Assembly: GCA_016218805.1 (NCBI GenBank)
Contig: JACRCW010000157.1
Span: 62,001-108,205, forward strand
Length of the DNA: 46,205 nt
Reading direction: 5' to 3'
Origin: Deltaproteobacteria bacterium
GTDB taxonomy: Bacteria > Myxococcota > JACRCW01
Below, one piece after another: positions 28,201 through 36,769 of the stretch (positions are counted from its first letter, which is position 1; every line of letters begins with the position of its first letter). Below the pieces are notes generated by a model that made no database searches, was not told where the DNA came from, and saw only the letters and a list, made by a program, of their open reading frames with translations. Both the position numbers and the translations under genes were made by a program.

Positions 28201-29147
28201 CGCTGCTGCGGGCCAACGGCGTTCCCGCGCGGGCGGTGGTGGCGCGCGGTGCGCTGGCGGCGGAGGCGGGGCTGGCGGTGCCGGGTGACCATGACGTGCT
28301 GCTGCTGGTGGTGCCGCTGCCGTCGGGGGACCGGGTGTTCACGCAGCTGGGCGGGCGGCTGGTGGACGGGGCGCCGCCGTGGCTGGTGACCGGGTCCGCG
28401 CTGGAAGCGGACTGTGACGAGATGGCGCGCTTGGGGCGGCGGTACGACCCGCCCGCGGTCCCCGCGGATGCGTGGGAACACCAGGTCCGGGTGGACGCCA
28501 CGGTCACCGCCGCGGGGCTGCTCAGCGGAACGGTGCGCGCGCAGGTGGCGGAGCCGGCCGCCGGCTCGCTGCGTGAGGAACTCCGCCGGGCCACGCCATC
28601 CCAGGTGGAGGCGTGGTTGTCGTCGCTGCTGCAGGCGCACTTCCCCGGTGTGCAGCTGGTGTCCACCGTGACGTCGGACCCGGGGGCGCGCGCGGGGCCG
28701 CTGGAACTGGAGCTGCGCTTCCAGAGCACGGACACGGTGCGGCGCTCGCCCCTGGGCGCGTGGACCTGGGACCGCTTCCTGGAGCAGCCGCTGCTGGATG
28801 ACGCGCTGGGTGGGAGCACGCCGGAGAGCTACCTGCGCGTGTCCGCCCGGAAGACGCCGCTGGTGCTGGGCCGGCCCTACCGCGAGCGCACGGTGGTGCA
28901 CCTGGACCTTCCCGCTGGCGCCACCGGCGTGGTGGTGCCGCGGGCGCTGGAGGCGCGCGGCCGCGGCTTCCTGGTGAAGCAGGACGCGGTGGTTCAGCCG
29001 GGCGCCGTGACGATCACGCGGGTCACCCACGTGGAGCCGGAACGCATCAGCGTGGAGGATTTCCCGGCGTGGCGCGCGCAGGTGGAACAACTGGTCCGGG
29101 ATGGGCGCAACGCGCTGGAATACCGGCTGGCCGAGCCGCCCCCGTGA
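25263..29147 (+). CDS. Paralogous TPR + DUF3857 + degenerate transglutaminase-like lipoprotein
   Basis: GTGA overlap with the previous gene; lipobox AAAC; same domain order (WTVAGPYG, PGWHRVGLEV, RVLKADGRVLEP, GLEPGDTVE). The GDC motif is replaced by GRGMHLP. Confidence 0.82.
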   Translation: MKRSALLVLVLVAAACRTAPPARTPAPPTRPVGRQPIPPARAVPQGAGVLVLSQRTGMATGQDAEALYWRAVQAWHVDNDAARAAVLVESALRAQPAHARALLLRCALGAADRRYAAFVEQCAATVEVAWGSWVAEAALVYADQARGQHPDHDARVATAALQALDSCTRGTGARCAALGARGLRAALGVAAARRDVAWWQSLAARAGVVTAWTVAGPYGPAEVDAFRGLAGFALAGIPPEPVHAGVRTAAFHRVARQVSDGALQPARLASPGLYAAESWVHLPRPARVLVEVRSAVSFRVALDGAVVLTHDEWADPPRPRATATVVMAPGWHRVGLEVSARGVDRVDVRLISDDGRAPLDQQFAALPEGSFPSPAAVPAPGLADLETEAEALFRASPDDVEAALAAVAAHAANGDAARARRLAEDVVEAFPASARALQMLSTVVEDDQALPAAVRQSLARAHCEKALAVDPRVLICRYRLAVLDQARRPEDTLRALTALVTDRPDYPHAWRSLMEVYRALGWNAEAAAAADRALALGAVDGVVDPAAAFFQSLGEGARARALRLRSALVDREPFSPRLAEWLADGLDDEAALKEWDRLLRVFPDHPDQVDRLALVRRSRDARTYHKALEAHVARFPADGDGILQWCTLSRSLGDARALRTCLERADAVVPSSSLLYRLREETAGREVGDDPALPVREVRSLVEELEAARRAGAPWLGDAATVVLVDHGRRVLARDGGGYSAKHRVVRIGTRDAADAMGEIRAGNDEEWRVLRVLKADGRVLEPEVGQGKGDVSLSGLEPGDTVEMRSVTLGRPPPVDGRFWEWFLLGDRYPVLHAEYVLDVPAALMSSLRIAERGVAAPRVVTLDGVVRHAWALDQVPARVPEPFSPNAAEYQPRVLVALGPDDGPDARTVCRRLAGTARTGRTLGDWNAHVARAGGGPDVILERVLDEVRARVEPAAGPWEAESAAALGRGMHLPLARALLRANGVPARAVVARGALAAEAGLAVPGDHDVLLLVVPLPSGDRVFTQLGGRLVDGAPPWLVTGSALEADCDEMARLGRRYDPPAVPADAWEHQVRVDATVTAAGLLSGTVRAQVAEPAAGSLREELRRATPSQVEAWLSSLLQAHFPGVQLVSTVTSDPGARAGPLELELRFQSTDTVRRSPLGAWTWDRFLEQPLLDDALGGSTPESYLRVSARKTPLVLGRPYRERTVVHLDLPAGATGVVVPRALEARGRGFLVKQDAVVQPGAVTITRVTHVEPERISVEDFPAWRAQVEQLVRDGRNALEYRLAEPPP

Positions 29148-30061
29148 GCGGCGCGCCGGATGTCGTCGTCACGCTGCAGCCGCCGGCGTCCGCGGACAGG
29201 GTGCGCCTGCTGCAACTGCCGGTGCGTCCCGGCGGCAACGCGGGAGCGCACGCGGCGGCGGATGGGAGCATGTGGCGCGCCGCGCGGTGGGCCTCCGGGC
29301 CGGCGTCCGTCCAGGTGCGCCGCGTGCAGGACGCGCTGGAGGTGCGCGCGTGGGGCCCGGGCGCCGCCCAGGCCGCGGCGCACGTGCCCGGGGAGCTGGG
29401 GTTTGACGACGACGACACTGGCTTTGCCCCCGCGGGCGAGCTGGGCCGGCTGTTGCGCCGCACCGGACGCATCCGCCTGGGCCGCACGCGGCGCGTGTTG
29501 GACGCGCTGCTGCGCGCGGTGCTGGAACAGAAGGTGTCCGGCCAGGACGCGGGCCGCGCGTGGCTGGGCATCTGCCGCGCGTGGGGCGAGCCGGCGCCGG
29601 GCCCCGTGCCCGTCCCGCTGTGGGTCCCGCCGGCGCCGGCGGAACTGGCGCGCCGCGCGTACTTTGAGTTCCACCCCTTCAACGTGGAGATGAAGCGCGC
29701 CAACACCCTGCGGCACCTGGCCGCGCACGCGCGCACGCTGGAGGCGCTGGCGGACCTCCCCGCTGACGAGGCGATGCGCCGCCTGGAGACGTTTCCCGGC
29801 GTGGGCCCGTGGACCAGCGCGCAGGTGGCGCTGGAGGCGCTGGGCCACCCGGACGCGGTGCCGCTGGGGGACTACCACCTCCCGCACCTGGTGAGCTTTG
29901 CATTCACCGGCGAGCGCGTGGGCACGGACGCGCGCATGCTGGAACTGCTGGCCCCATACGCCCCGCACCGCGCGCGTGTGGTGATGCTGCTGTGGGCGTC
30001 TGACATCCGCGTCCCGCGGCGTGGACCGCGCCTGTCCATCCGCGATTTCCGGCGGCACTGA
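29144..30061 (+). CDS. DNA-3-methyladenine glycosylase 2 (AlkA-like, HhH-GPD) family protein
   Basis: LLRAVLEQKVSG, WGEPAPGP, HhH motif LETFPGVGPWTS, DAVPLGDYHLP, LLAPYAPHRARV. GTGA overlap at 29144. Confidence 0.88.
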   Translation: MSGAPDVVVTLQPPASADRVRLLQLPVRPGGNAGAHAAADGSMWRAARWASGPASVQVRRVQDALEVRAWGPGAAQAAAHVPGELGFDDDDTGFAPAGELGRLLRRTGRIRLGRTRRVLDALLRAVLEQKVSGQDAGRAWLGICRAWGEPAPGPVPVPLWVPPAPAELARRAYFEFHPFNVEMKRANTLRHLAAHARTLEALADLPADEAMRRLETFPGVGPWTSAQVALEALGHPDAVPLGDYHLPHLVSFAFTGERVGTDARMLELLAPYAPHRARVVMLLWASDIRVPRRGPRLSIRDFRRH

Positions 30062-30207
30062 CTGACCCGGCGCTCTGGATGTTCGACTATCCTGTCAGGG
30101 AGTTCACCCAAATGTGCCCACCCGCCCTCAATCCCCGACGAGGATGTGCACCTGACGGCACGGTCAGGACACCAAGGACCGCGTGGGGCACACCCGCAAA
30201 GTCGGCG

Positions 30208-33200
30208 TTACTGGCACACCATACTGATGGATCTCGTGCCGGTGTCGTATGAACTTGTGCTGCAGTTGTTTCCGGCTGGTCCCGTCCAGACCCGCGAGAA
30301 GAAGCCGCCCGTTCCCCCAACAGTAAGTCCAAGATTCGATGTATTGCTGGTGTACGTGTACGACGTCGAACCAGTGCGGGCAGCACATGATGAGTTGCTG
30401 GTGAGATGGGTCGAAGGCGCTTTGTAGAACTCGGGAATGAACTGCCAGGCACCGAAAGCGGTGCCATCCTGCCTAGTGATTCGAACGGTGGTCGCACTCG
30501 ATGTCACCGAGATGATCTCCTGGCAGTAGGTCGTTCCACAGGAGGGTGCGGTTGAATAGCTATACGTTGTTGGACACGGCGAACATGTTGGCGCGGATCC
30601 ACTCCAGCTGCCGCTCAACTGGCAGGTCCGCGAGCTGGCCCCAGACATCACGTAGTACGTATTACAGGAGTAGGTCGCGGTGCTGCCATATGTCGTGGTC
30701 GGGGCGCTCACGCTGCCATTTGTCGGGTTTGAGAGCGAGCCGCAGTTTATGGGTGGGCAGGTTGGTGCCGACCCGCTCCAGGTGCCTCCGGCGCCGCAGG
30801 TCCGGGTGCTCGAGCCGCTGATGTTGTAGCCGGTATTACAGGCGTACGTGGCGGTGGCGCCGAAGGTGGTCGTTGGCGCGCTGACCGTGCCATTGCTCGG
30901 GTTTGTCAGCGAGCCGCAGTCCACGGGCACGCACGACAGGGCCGAACCGCTCCAGAAGCCTCCGGTTCCGCAGGTCCGGGTGCTCGATCCACTGATGTTG
31001 TAGCCGGTATTGCAGGAGTACGTGGCGGTGCCGCCCAGTGTGGTCGTTGGCGCGCTGACCGTGCCATTGCTCGGGCTGGTCAGCGAGCCGCAGTCCACCG
31101 GAACGCAAGACGGGGCCGAACCACTCCAGGCGCCTCCGGTGCCGCAGGTCCGGGTGCTCGCGCCACTGATGTTGTAGCCGGCATTGCAGGAGTATGTGGC
31201 GGTCCCGCCGAATGTGGTCGTTGGCGCAGTGACCGTGCCATTGGTCGGATTGGCCAGCGAGCCACAGTCCACCTGCACGCACGACGGGGCCGTACCGCTC
31301 CAGAAGCCTCCGGTTCCGCAAGTCCGGGTGCTGGAGCCGCTGATGGGGTAGCCGGCATTGCAGGAGTAGGTGGCGGTGCTGCCATATGTGGTCGTTGGCG
31401 CGCTGACCGTCCCATTGGTCGGACTTGTCAGCGAGCCGCAGTCCACCGGCACGCACGACGGGGCCGAACCGCTCCAGACGCCTCCGGTGCCGCAGGTCCG
31501 GGTGCTCGAGCCGCTGATGTTGTAGCCGGTATTACAGGCGTACGTGGCGGTGGCGGCGAACGTGGTCGTTGGCACGCTGACCGTGCCATTGGTCGGACTT
31601 GTCAGCGAGCCGCAGTCCACCGGCACGCACGACGGGGCCGTACCGCTCCATGTACCTCCGGTATCGCAGGTCCGGGTGCTGGATCCGCTGATGTTGTAGC
31701 CGGGACTGCAGGAGTACGTGGCGGTGCCGCCCAGTGTGGTCATTGGCGCGCTGACCATGCCATTGCTCGGATTGGTCAGCGAGCCGCAGTCCACCGGCAC
31801 ACACGACGGGGCCGTACCGCTCCATGCACCTCCGGTATCGCAGGTCCGGGTGCTCGAACCGCTGATGCTGTAGCCGGTATTGCACGAGTACGTGGCGGTG
31901 CCGCCCAGTGTGGTCGTTGGCGCGCTGACCGTGCCATTGCTCGGATTGGTCAGCGAACCGCAGTCCACCGGCACGCACGACGGGGCCGAACCGCTCCATG
32001 CACCTCCGGTGTCGCAGGTCCGGGTGCTCGAACCGCTGATGCTGTAGCCGGTATTGCACGAGTACGTGGCGGTGCCGCCCAGTGTGGTCGTTGGCGCGCT
32101 GACCGTGCCGTCGCTCGGGTTTGTCAGCGAGCCGCATTCTACCGGCACGCACGAAGGAGCCGAACCGCTCCATGAGCCTCCGGCCTCGCAGGTTCGGGTG
32201 CTGGAGCCGTTCATGGTGTAGCCGGTGTTGCAGGAGTACGTGGCAATGCTGCCGTATGTGGTTGTTGGCGCACTGACAGTGCCATTGCTCGGGCTTGTCA
32301 GCGAATTGCAGGCCGCCACCACACACGCCCCGCCGGCACAACCGATGAGGCAGGTCGACGTTTCCGTCCACCCGCAGCCGGTCAGGGCGCAGGTTTCTTC
32401 ATTCCCGTTGCCGCTACAGCGCGTCGCGCTTGGGAGACACGGGTCGGTGCAGGCCGGTCCACCATCTCCCCCGTCCGCGAATCCACCATCTTGAACCGCA
32501 GGGCCCCCATCACGCGGCGCTCCGCCGTCGGGCGGCCCGGAGGCCGACGAGCCGGACGTGTTGGAGGAGGAGATCTGGGAGGCCGCGGCCGACGAGGGCC
32601 CGATTTCGATGGAACCCCCCGATGGCGACCCAGAGGAGGCGCCATACGAAGAAGGAGCGGACGACGAAGCGCCGGACGAGGACGGCCCCGAGGAACTGGT
32701 GCCACAAACGGCGGTGTCTTCGTCAACAACGTCATCGCAGTCGTTATCCTGGCCGTCGCACCACTCGTTCGTGGGTCCGGTCGCACCTTGGCAGGGACTC
32801 CAGTGGACGCCATCGGTACACGTCTGTAGGCCGCTCCGACACTGCCCAACGTCGCTGCCGCAGTGGCGCTCTCCACCCTGCGCGCACACGGTGGAGTTGG
32901 ATTCATCATCGTCCACCACATCCTGGCATCCGGGGTCGTCGGGGTAGTCCGCCAACCCATCGCTGTCGTCATCGCTTCCATTTCCACAGGCCCCTACAGG
33001 AGAGGGCTTGAGTTCCACTTCCAGAGTGCCGTGGCCCGGGTCGTCGGATTGGACCACGAGATACCCTGAGGTCGCGCGCTCGCTGCGCGAATAGACCACA
33101 ACAATGGCGGTGGACCCGCCAGGCTCCACCGTTAGCCCGTTGAACACCTCCGCGAGCGAGAAGTCGTTGTTGGCGTCGGTTGACCTGACTCCCACGCTTC

Positions 33201-33762
33201 GGATGGTGAGTGGAGCGCGCCCGAAGTTGCCCAGGCTGACCGTGCCCTGCAAGGTCAACATGAGCGGGTTTGTCAGGTGTCCCGCAGAGAAATCCAGCGG
33301 TGACGGGGACGCCATGATGCGCGGAAGTGCCGGTCCGAACAAGGTGACGCGAACTTCCGGCAGGTCCGGGTCATTGCTCCTGAGCACCAGCGTTCCCGTG
33401 TCCTCCCCGGGGCCCAGCGGCGTGAACCGCACGTTCACGTTGTGCGATTCGGCGCGGGGGAGTGTAAAGGCCAAGGGCTGGGCAGGAAGGGCGAAGTCGG
33501 GAGAGCCAGCGTCCGCATCTACAAATATCGCGCTGACGGCCAACGGCCCGTCACCTTGGTTGAGAACTTGTATCGGAAGGTCTTGGGTCTCTCCCAGCGG
33601 CACCCAGCCAAACTCCAGGGTGGTGGGAGACACAGAGATCCTCCCGGAGACTGTTGTGATGTCGTCATCATCATCAAGGATCGGACAGGCGCAGTCAGCC
33701 ACCAGCAAACCGCCCATCAGGAAGAGCACCCACGCCCTGGTCACCCGGTTCTTGTTTGTCAT
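30208..33762 (-). CDS. Surface protein: two Ig-like (choice-of-anchor D-like) domains, Asp/Cys metal-binding repeats, Ser linker, ten Sushi/CCP domains, unknown C-terminal domain
   Basis: ISVSPTTLEFG..NQGDGPL..V.F.P..G.L.L.SNDP, EWCDGQDNDCDDVVDE, and 10 x C..L..P.NG.V....TT.G..ATYSC..GY...G...RTC...G.WSG.AP.C. Confidence 0.9.
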   Translation of the reverse strand: MTNKNRVTRAWVLFLMGGLLVADCACPILDDDDDITTVSGRISVSPTTLEFGWVPLGETQDLPIQVLNQGDGPLAVSAIFVDADAGSPDFALPAQPLAFTLPRAESHNVNVRFTPLGPGEDTGTLVLRSNDPDLPEVRVTLFGPALPRIMASPSPLDFSAGHLTNPLMLTLQGTVSLGNFGRAPLTIRSVGVRSTDANNDFSLAEVFNGLTVEPGGSTAIVVVYSRSERATSGYLVVQSDDPGHGTLEVELKPSPVGACGNGSDDDSDGLADYPDDPGCQDVVDDDESNSTVCAQGGERHCGSDVGQCRSGLQTCTDGVHWSPCQGATGPTNEWCDGQDNDCDDVVDEDTAVCGTSSSGPSSSGASSSAPSSYGASSGSPSGGSIEIGPSSAAASQISSSNTSGSSASGPPDGGAPRDGGPAVQDGGFADGGDGGPACTDPCLPSATRCSGNGNEETCALTGCGWTETSTCLIGCAGGACVVAACNSLTSPSNGTVSAPTTTYGSIATYSCNTGYTMNGSSTRTCEAGGSWSGSAPSCVPVECGSLTNPSDGTVSAPTTTLGGTATYSCNTGYSISGSSTRTCDTGGAWSGSAPSCVPVDCGSLTNPSNGTVSAPTTTLGGTATYSCNTGYSISGSSTRTCDTGGAWSGTAPSCVPVDCGSLTNPSNGMVSAPMTTLGGTATYSCSPGYNISGSSTRTCDTGGTWSGTAPSCVPVDCGSLTSPTNGTVSVPTTTFAATATYACNTGYNISGSSTRTCGTGGVWSGSAPSCVPVDCGSLTSPTNGTVSAPTTTYGSTATYSCNAGYPISGSSTRTCGTGGFWSGTAPSCVQVDCGSLANPTNGTVTAPTTTFGGTATYSCNAGYNISGASTRTCGTGGAWSGSAPSCVPVDCGSLTSPSNGTVSAPTTTLGGTATYSCNTGYNISGSSTRTCGTGGFWSGSALSCVPVDCGSLTNPSNGTVSAPTTTFGATATYACNTGYNISGSSTRTCGAGGTWSGSAPTCPPINCGSLSNPTNGSVSAPTTTYGSTATYSCNTYYVMSGASSRTCQLSGSWSGSAPTCSPCPTTYSYSTAPSCGTTYCQEIISVTSSATTVRITRQDGTAFGAWQFIPEFYKAPSTHLTSNSSCAARTGSTSYTYTSNTSNLGLTVGGTGGFFSRVWTGPAGNNCSTSSYDTGTRSISMVCQ
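30583..32310 (-). repeat. Ten tandem 174-bp (58-aa) intragenic Sushi repeats
   Basis: Near-identical nucleotide units, for example recurring cagcgagccgcagtccac and ccgggtgctcga. Confidence 0.95.
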
Positions 33763-33936
33763 TGGTGAACCTCCCCGGCAGAGGCAACAAGGAACTCAGA
33801 GAGACCCTCCAGAGCCTTGTGTCTGCGTAGGCACCCATGGTGCACCGACGGTGGCTGCGGCATTCTTATGTCAATGCCCCCCCCCTGTATGGGCGCCGCT
33901 ACCGCGGTGCCGGCCCGGCGGAATACCCTCCTAAGG

Positions 33937-35070
33937 ATGATCACAGTCTTTCGCCATCTTACGCCTCCCGCGCAGGACCTCTTGGTAGAGGCCTGCGGGC
34001 GGTTCGATGCCGGGCAGGCGCTGGCCTTGCGGAGGTACTTCGAAGGGCGACCGCGCGCACCTAAGGGGGAAACGCGCCAGGCGGCATACGGCCAGCTCAG
34101 CCGCGCGGTCACGACGGCTATCGCCGGCAGCCTGGCGCTCGCCACGGTGGACCCGCGCTACCACCGTCTCGTGCTGAGCAACGACTTCGCGCTCCTCAAG
34201 GCGTACTGTCCGTCCGTGTACTCGCGCTATGACAGCTTTCCGCCTGATATGCGGGCGCCGCCCAGCCCGGCCATCAAGCGCCTGATCGACGACGCCGCGA
34301 CCGAGATGATCCACCTGAGCGGCTTGCCGGAACCGCTGTCCCGTGTTGACAGCGTCCGCGCGTATTCCATGGCGGCGGTGCTGGCCGTCACGCTGGTGGA
34401 CCACGGTCTCCGTCCCGGCATCCGGGACCTGTGGAAGGACATCTTCCGCCGGGCCGAAGGCGCGGGGGCGCTCGCGCGTCCCTACTTCCGGGCACAGTTC
34501 TGCTATTTGGGTTCATTCGTCGGTGAGTGGAACGACTACGTTCAGTGGCTCATGGAGCCGGCCAACCGCCTGCTCGAGGAGGCCGACCTCGTGTGCTTCT
34601 CGCGCGAGGACCTGGGCGACCCCCTGTACAATTGCGTGGCCGCCCTGGTGGCCGGGCGGCCGTACGGCGCACTGGACGCACTCCACCCAGCGCGACCGGA
34701 GAAAACGGTGACGGATATCCTGGGATTTGCGCGCGGCGCGGCGCACCGGCACAGCCACTTCAGGACGCCCGGCCTGGTCGCCGGAGTGTTGAGTTGGGCC
34801 ATGATGGGCCGGGACTTGGCAGCGAGGCTCCAGCCCCGCCGCGCGGTTGATGACAACGAGGCGGCCTGCGTCTCTGCGCAGCTGCGACGCGGGATTGCCA
34901 AAGTCACCGAGGTGCTCGATCAGCGGGGGGCGCGCTTCTGGCAAGCGATGGAGGAGGTGGGGGACCAGCACCAACGTGAGTTCATGTTGCGCTGCTGGGC
35001 CACCTTGATGCTTGACGGGGGCGCGGCGGGGCAGCACGGACCGGACGACTGGTTCTTCGGACGTACCTGA
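33937..35070 (+). CDS. Hypothetical protein divergent from the Sushi gene
   Basis: Long ORF with coding-like codon bias; start uncertain (33817, 33868 or 33937); no recognisable family motif. Confidence 0.65.
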   Translation: MITVFRHLTPPAQDLLVEACGRFDAGQALALRRYFEGRPRAPKGETRQAAYGQLSRAVTTAIAGSLALATVDPRYHRLVLSNDFALLKAYCPSVYSRYDSFPPDMRAPPSPAIKRLIDDAATEMIHLSGLPEPLSRVDSVRAYSMAAVLAVTLVDHGLRPGIRDLWKDIFRRAEGAGALARPYFRAQFCYLGSFVGEWNDYVQWLMEPANRLLEEADLVCFSREDLGDPLYNCVAALVAGRPYGALDALHPARPEKTVTDILGFARGAAHRHSHFRTPGLVAGVLSWAMMGRDLAARLQPRRAVDDNEAACVSAQLRRGIAKVTEVLDQRGARFWQAMEEVGDQHQREFMLRCWATLMLDGGAAGQHGPDDWFFGRT

Positions 35071-35250
35071 GCGCTGAGGCGGACCGGCCGGGCCGCGCAC
35101 GGGCACCCGGGTTCTGACGCCGTGCTTCGGCGGAGGGCTTCCATCGGTCGGTCGCCTATTGGATGGGTTTGCCCCCCCGTGCCACCGGCTGGTAGCACGC
35201 CGCCATCAACCAATGCGGGGCACGCGTCACGCGGCCCGCGAGGAGGCCAC

Positions 35251-36000
35251 TTGGCTGACCGTCCATTTGATGCGCAGAGCATCATCCAACTCCCCCGGCT
35301 CAATGCCGATGAAACCCACACCGCGGTCCAGCAACTGACCGCGGAGGCGGCCGCGGTGCCCGGCCTGCCGGGCGGCATCTCCGACGCCCTGGCGGAGATG
35401 AAGGCCTCCGACGCCCGGCTGCTTGCCGCCATGGCCTCCAAGGGCCGCGCCGAAGCCAAGGCCGCCATTGACCCGAACCGCGCCCGCGCCGCGGACAAGT
35501 TCTCCGACTGCGCGTGGGGCGGGACCCGCAGTTGGTTGGAGGGTTTTGAGGAGTTGCCGGAGGCCTACCAGCCTGATCCGCAAGCGGTGCGCACGCTCAA
35601 GACGCGCCTGTTTGGTGATGGGAGCGGGTTTCTCGCGCAGCCGTTCAAGGAGCAGTGGGCCGAGTGTGACCGCCGTCTGCTCGTCATTGCTGAAGAGGGC
35701 CTGGCGCCGCTGTTCACCAAGCTGGGCGGAGACGGCTTCCTGCGCGCGCTCAAGGATTCCCACGCGGAGTACGGCGCCGCGCTGCATGTCACCGCGGCGG
35801 CGCCGTGGGTTGCGCCGGATTTGGATGTGCGCGGCCCAATGCAGGAATGCCAGTACGCCATTCGGTTCTATGCCACGCAGGTCGTCGCCAGCATCAAGCC
35901 CAAGGACCCGGCAACCCGGGAACGCGCTGACCGGCTCCTGCGCCCGCTGATTGAGTGGAAGTCGGAAGTCACGCCCGCTCCGGCGGCAACTCCTATCTGA
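35251..36000 (+). CDS. Hypothetical helical-bundle-type protein directly upstream of a tandem repeat array
   Basis: AGGAGG then TTG at 35251; 249 aa with an amphipathic helical pattern (ARAADKFSDCAW, RLFGDGSGFLAQPFKEQW, LKDSHAEYGAAL, LLRPL). Confidence 0.8.
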   Translation: MADRPFDAQSIIQLPRLNADETHTAVQQLTAEAAAVPGLPGGISDALAEMKASDARLLAAMASKGRAEAKAAIDPNRARAADKFSDCAWGGTRSWLEGFEELPEAYQPDPQAVRTLKTRLFGDGSGFLAQPFKEQWAECDRRLLVIAEEGLAPLFTKLGGDGFLRALKDSHAEYGAALHVTAAAPWVAPDLDVRGPMQECQYAIRFYATQVVASIKPKDPATRERADRLLRPLIEWKSEVTPAPAATPI

Positions 36001-36015
36001 CATCGGCGCACCCCT

Positions 36016-36363
36016 GACCACCCTCCAGGGTGCCTCCGCCGCTCTGCATTGCGGTTGGACCACCCTCCAGGGTGCCCTCCACCGCTCTGCATTGCGGTTG
36101 GACCACCCTCCAGGGTGCCTCCCGCCACTCTGCATTGCGGTTGGACCACCCTTCAGGGTGCCTCCCACCAGTCTGCATTGCGGTTGGACCACCCTTCAGG
36201 GTGCCCTCCACCAGTCTGCATTGCGGTTGGACCACCCTTCAGGGTGCCCTCCACCAGTCTCCATTGCGGTTGGACCACCCTTCAGGGTGCCTCCCACCAC
36301 TCTGCATTGCGGTTGGACCACCCTTCAGGGTGCCCTCCACCAGTCTGCATTGCGGTTGGACCA
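36016..36363. repeat. Eight tandem 43-bp repeats, each with an internal palindrome
   Basis: Units start at 36016, 36058, 36101, 36144, 36187, 36230, 36273 and 36316, with a partial unit at 36359. Consensus GACCACCCTYCAGGGTGCCYYCCRCCRSTCTGCATTGCGGTTG, containing CACCC-TYCA-GGGTG. Confidence 0.97.
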
Positions 36364-36406
36364 GCCTCCGGGGGTCGCCGCGCGTGATGCGGGTCACGGT
36401 TGCGGC

Positions 36407-36636
36407 CGGTCACCCGGCTCGCTGGATGCTGGGGTATCAGCGCCCGTTGGCGCCACTGAACCTGAGGAGAACCGCAGTTCACTCAAGGGACTCACGCTGC
36501 CGGAAGCCGAAGCGTGACACATCAAGAACGGCGTTCCGGAGGTACCCATCGCGTCGGTGCCGGGTGCCGCAGCCATGGAACCGGGGCGGGCTGCTGGGTC
36601 CCCGCGGCGTATCGGTCGGTGCGCGCGTGGTGGAAC
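36407..36636 (+). pseudogene. Decayed duplicate of the upstream region and 5' end of the RlmI-like gene at 45838 onward
   Basis: Aligns by eye to 45838-~46072 (cggtcaccc..gctggat..tggggtatcagcgccc..cctgaggagaaccgca..tcactcaagggactcac..ctgccggaagccga). ATG is changed to AGT, a GAG codon is TGA, and there is a short deletion. Confidence 0.9.
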
Positions 36637-36769
36637 CCACGGCGATACTGAACCGGCAAAACCCTGTCGGTCTTCCTGTGGTGCCTGGACGCGGAGCTCC
36701 CGGACCTCATGCTGGTGACCAGGCCTGCGTGCAGCGCGGCACGGGGAGTGTGCCTGCGGAGACCTGGGC

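Noticed and set aside
30583..32310. Sushi or Cys repeats as diversity-generating retroelement template/variable repeats
   Set aside because: There is no reverse transcriptase in the window, the repeats are tandem in-frame domains, and the differences are not evidently adenine-specific.
36016..36363. 43-bp array as a CRISPR array
   Set aside because: The variable parts are ~10-nt variants of one another rather than unique spacers, and there are no cas genes in the window.
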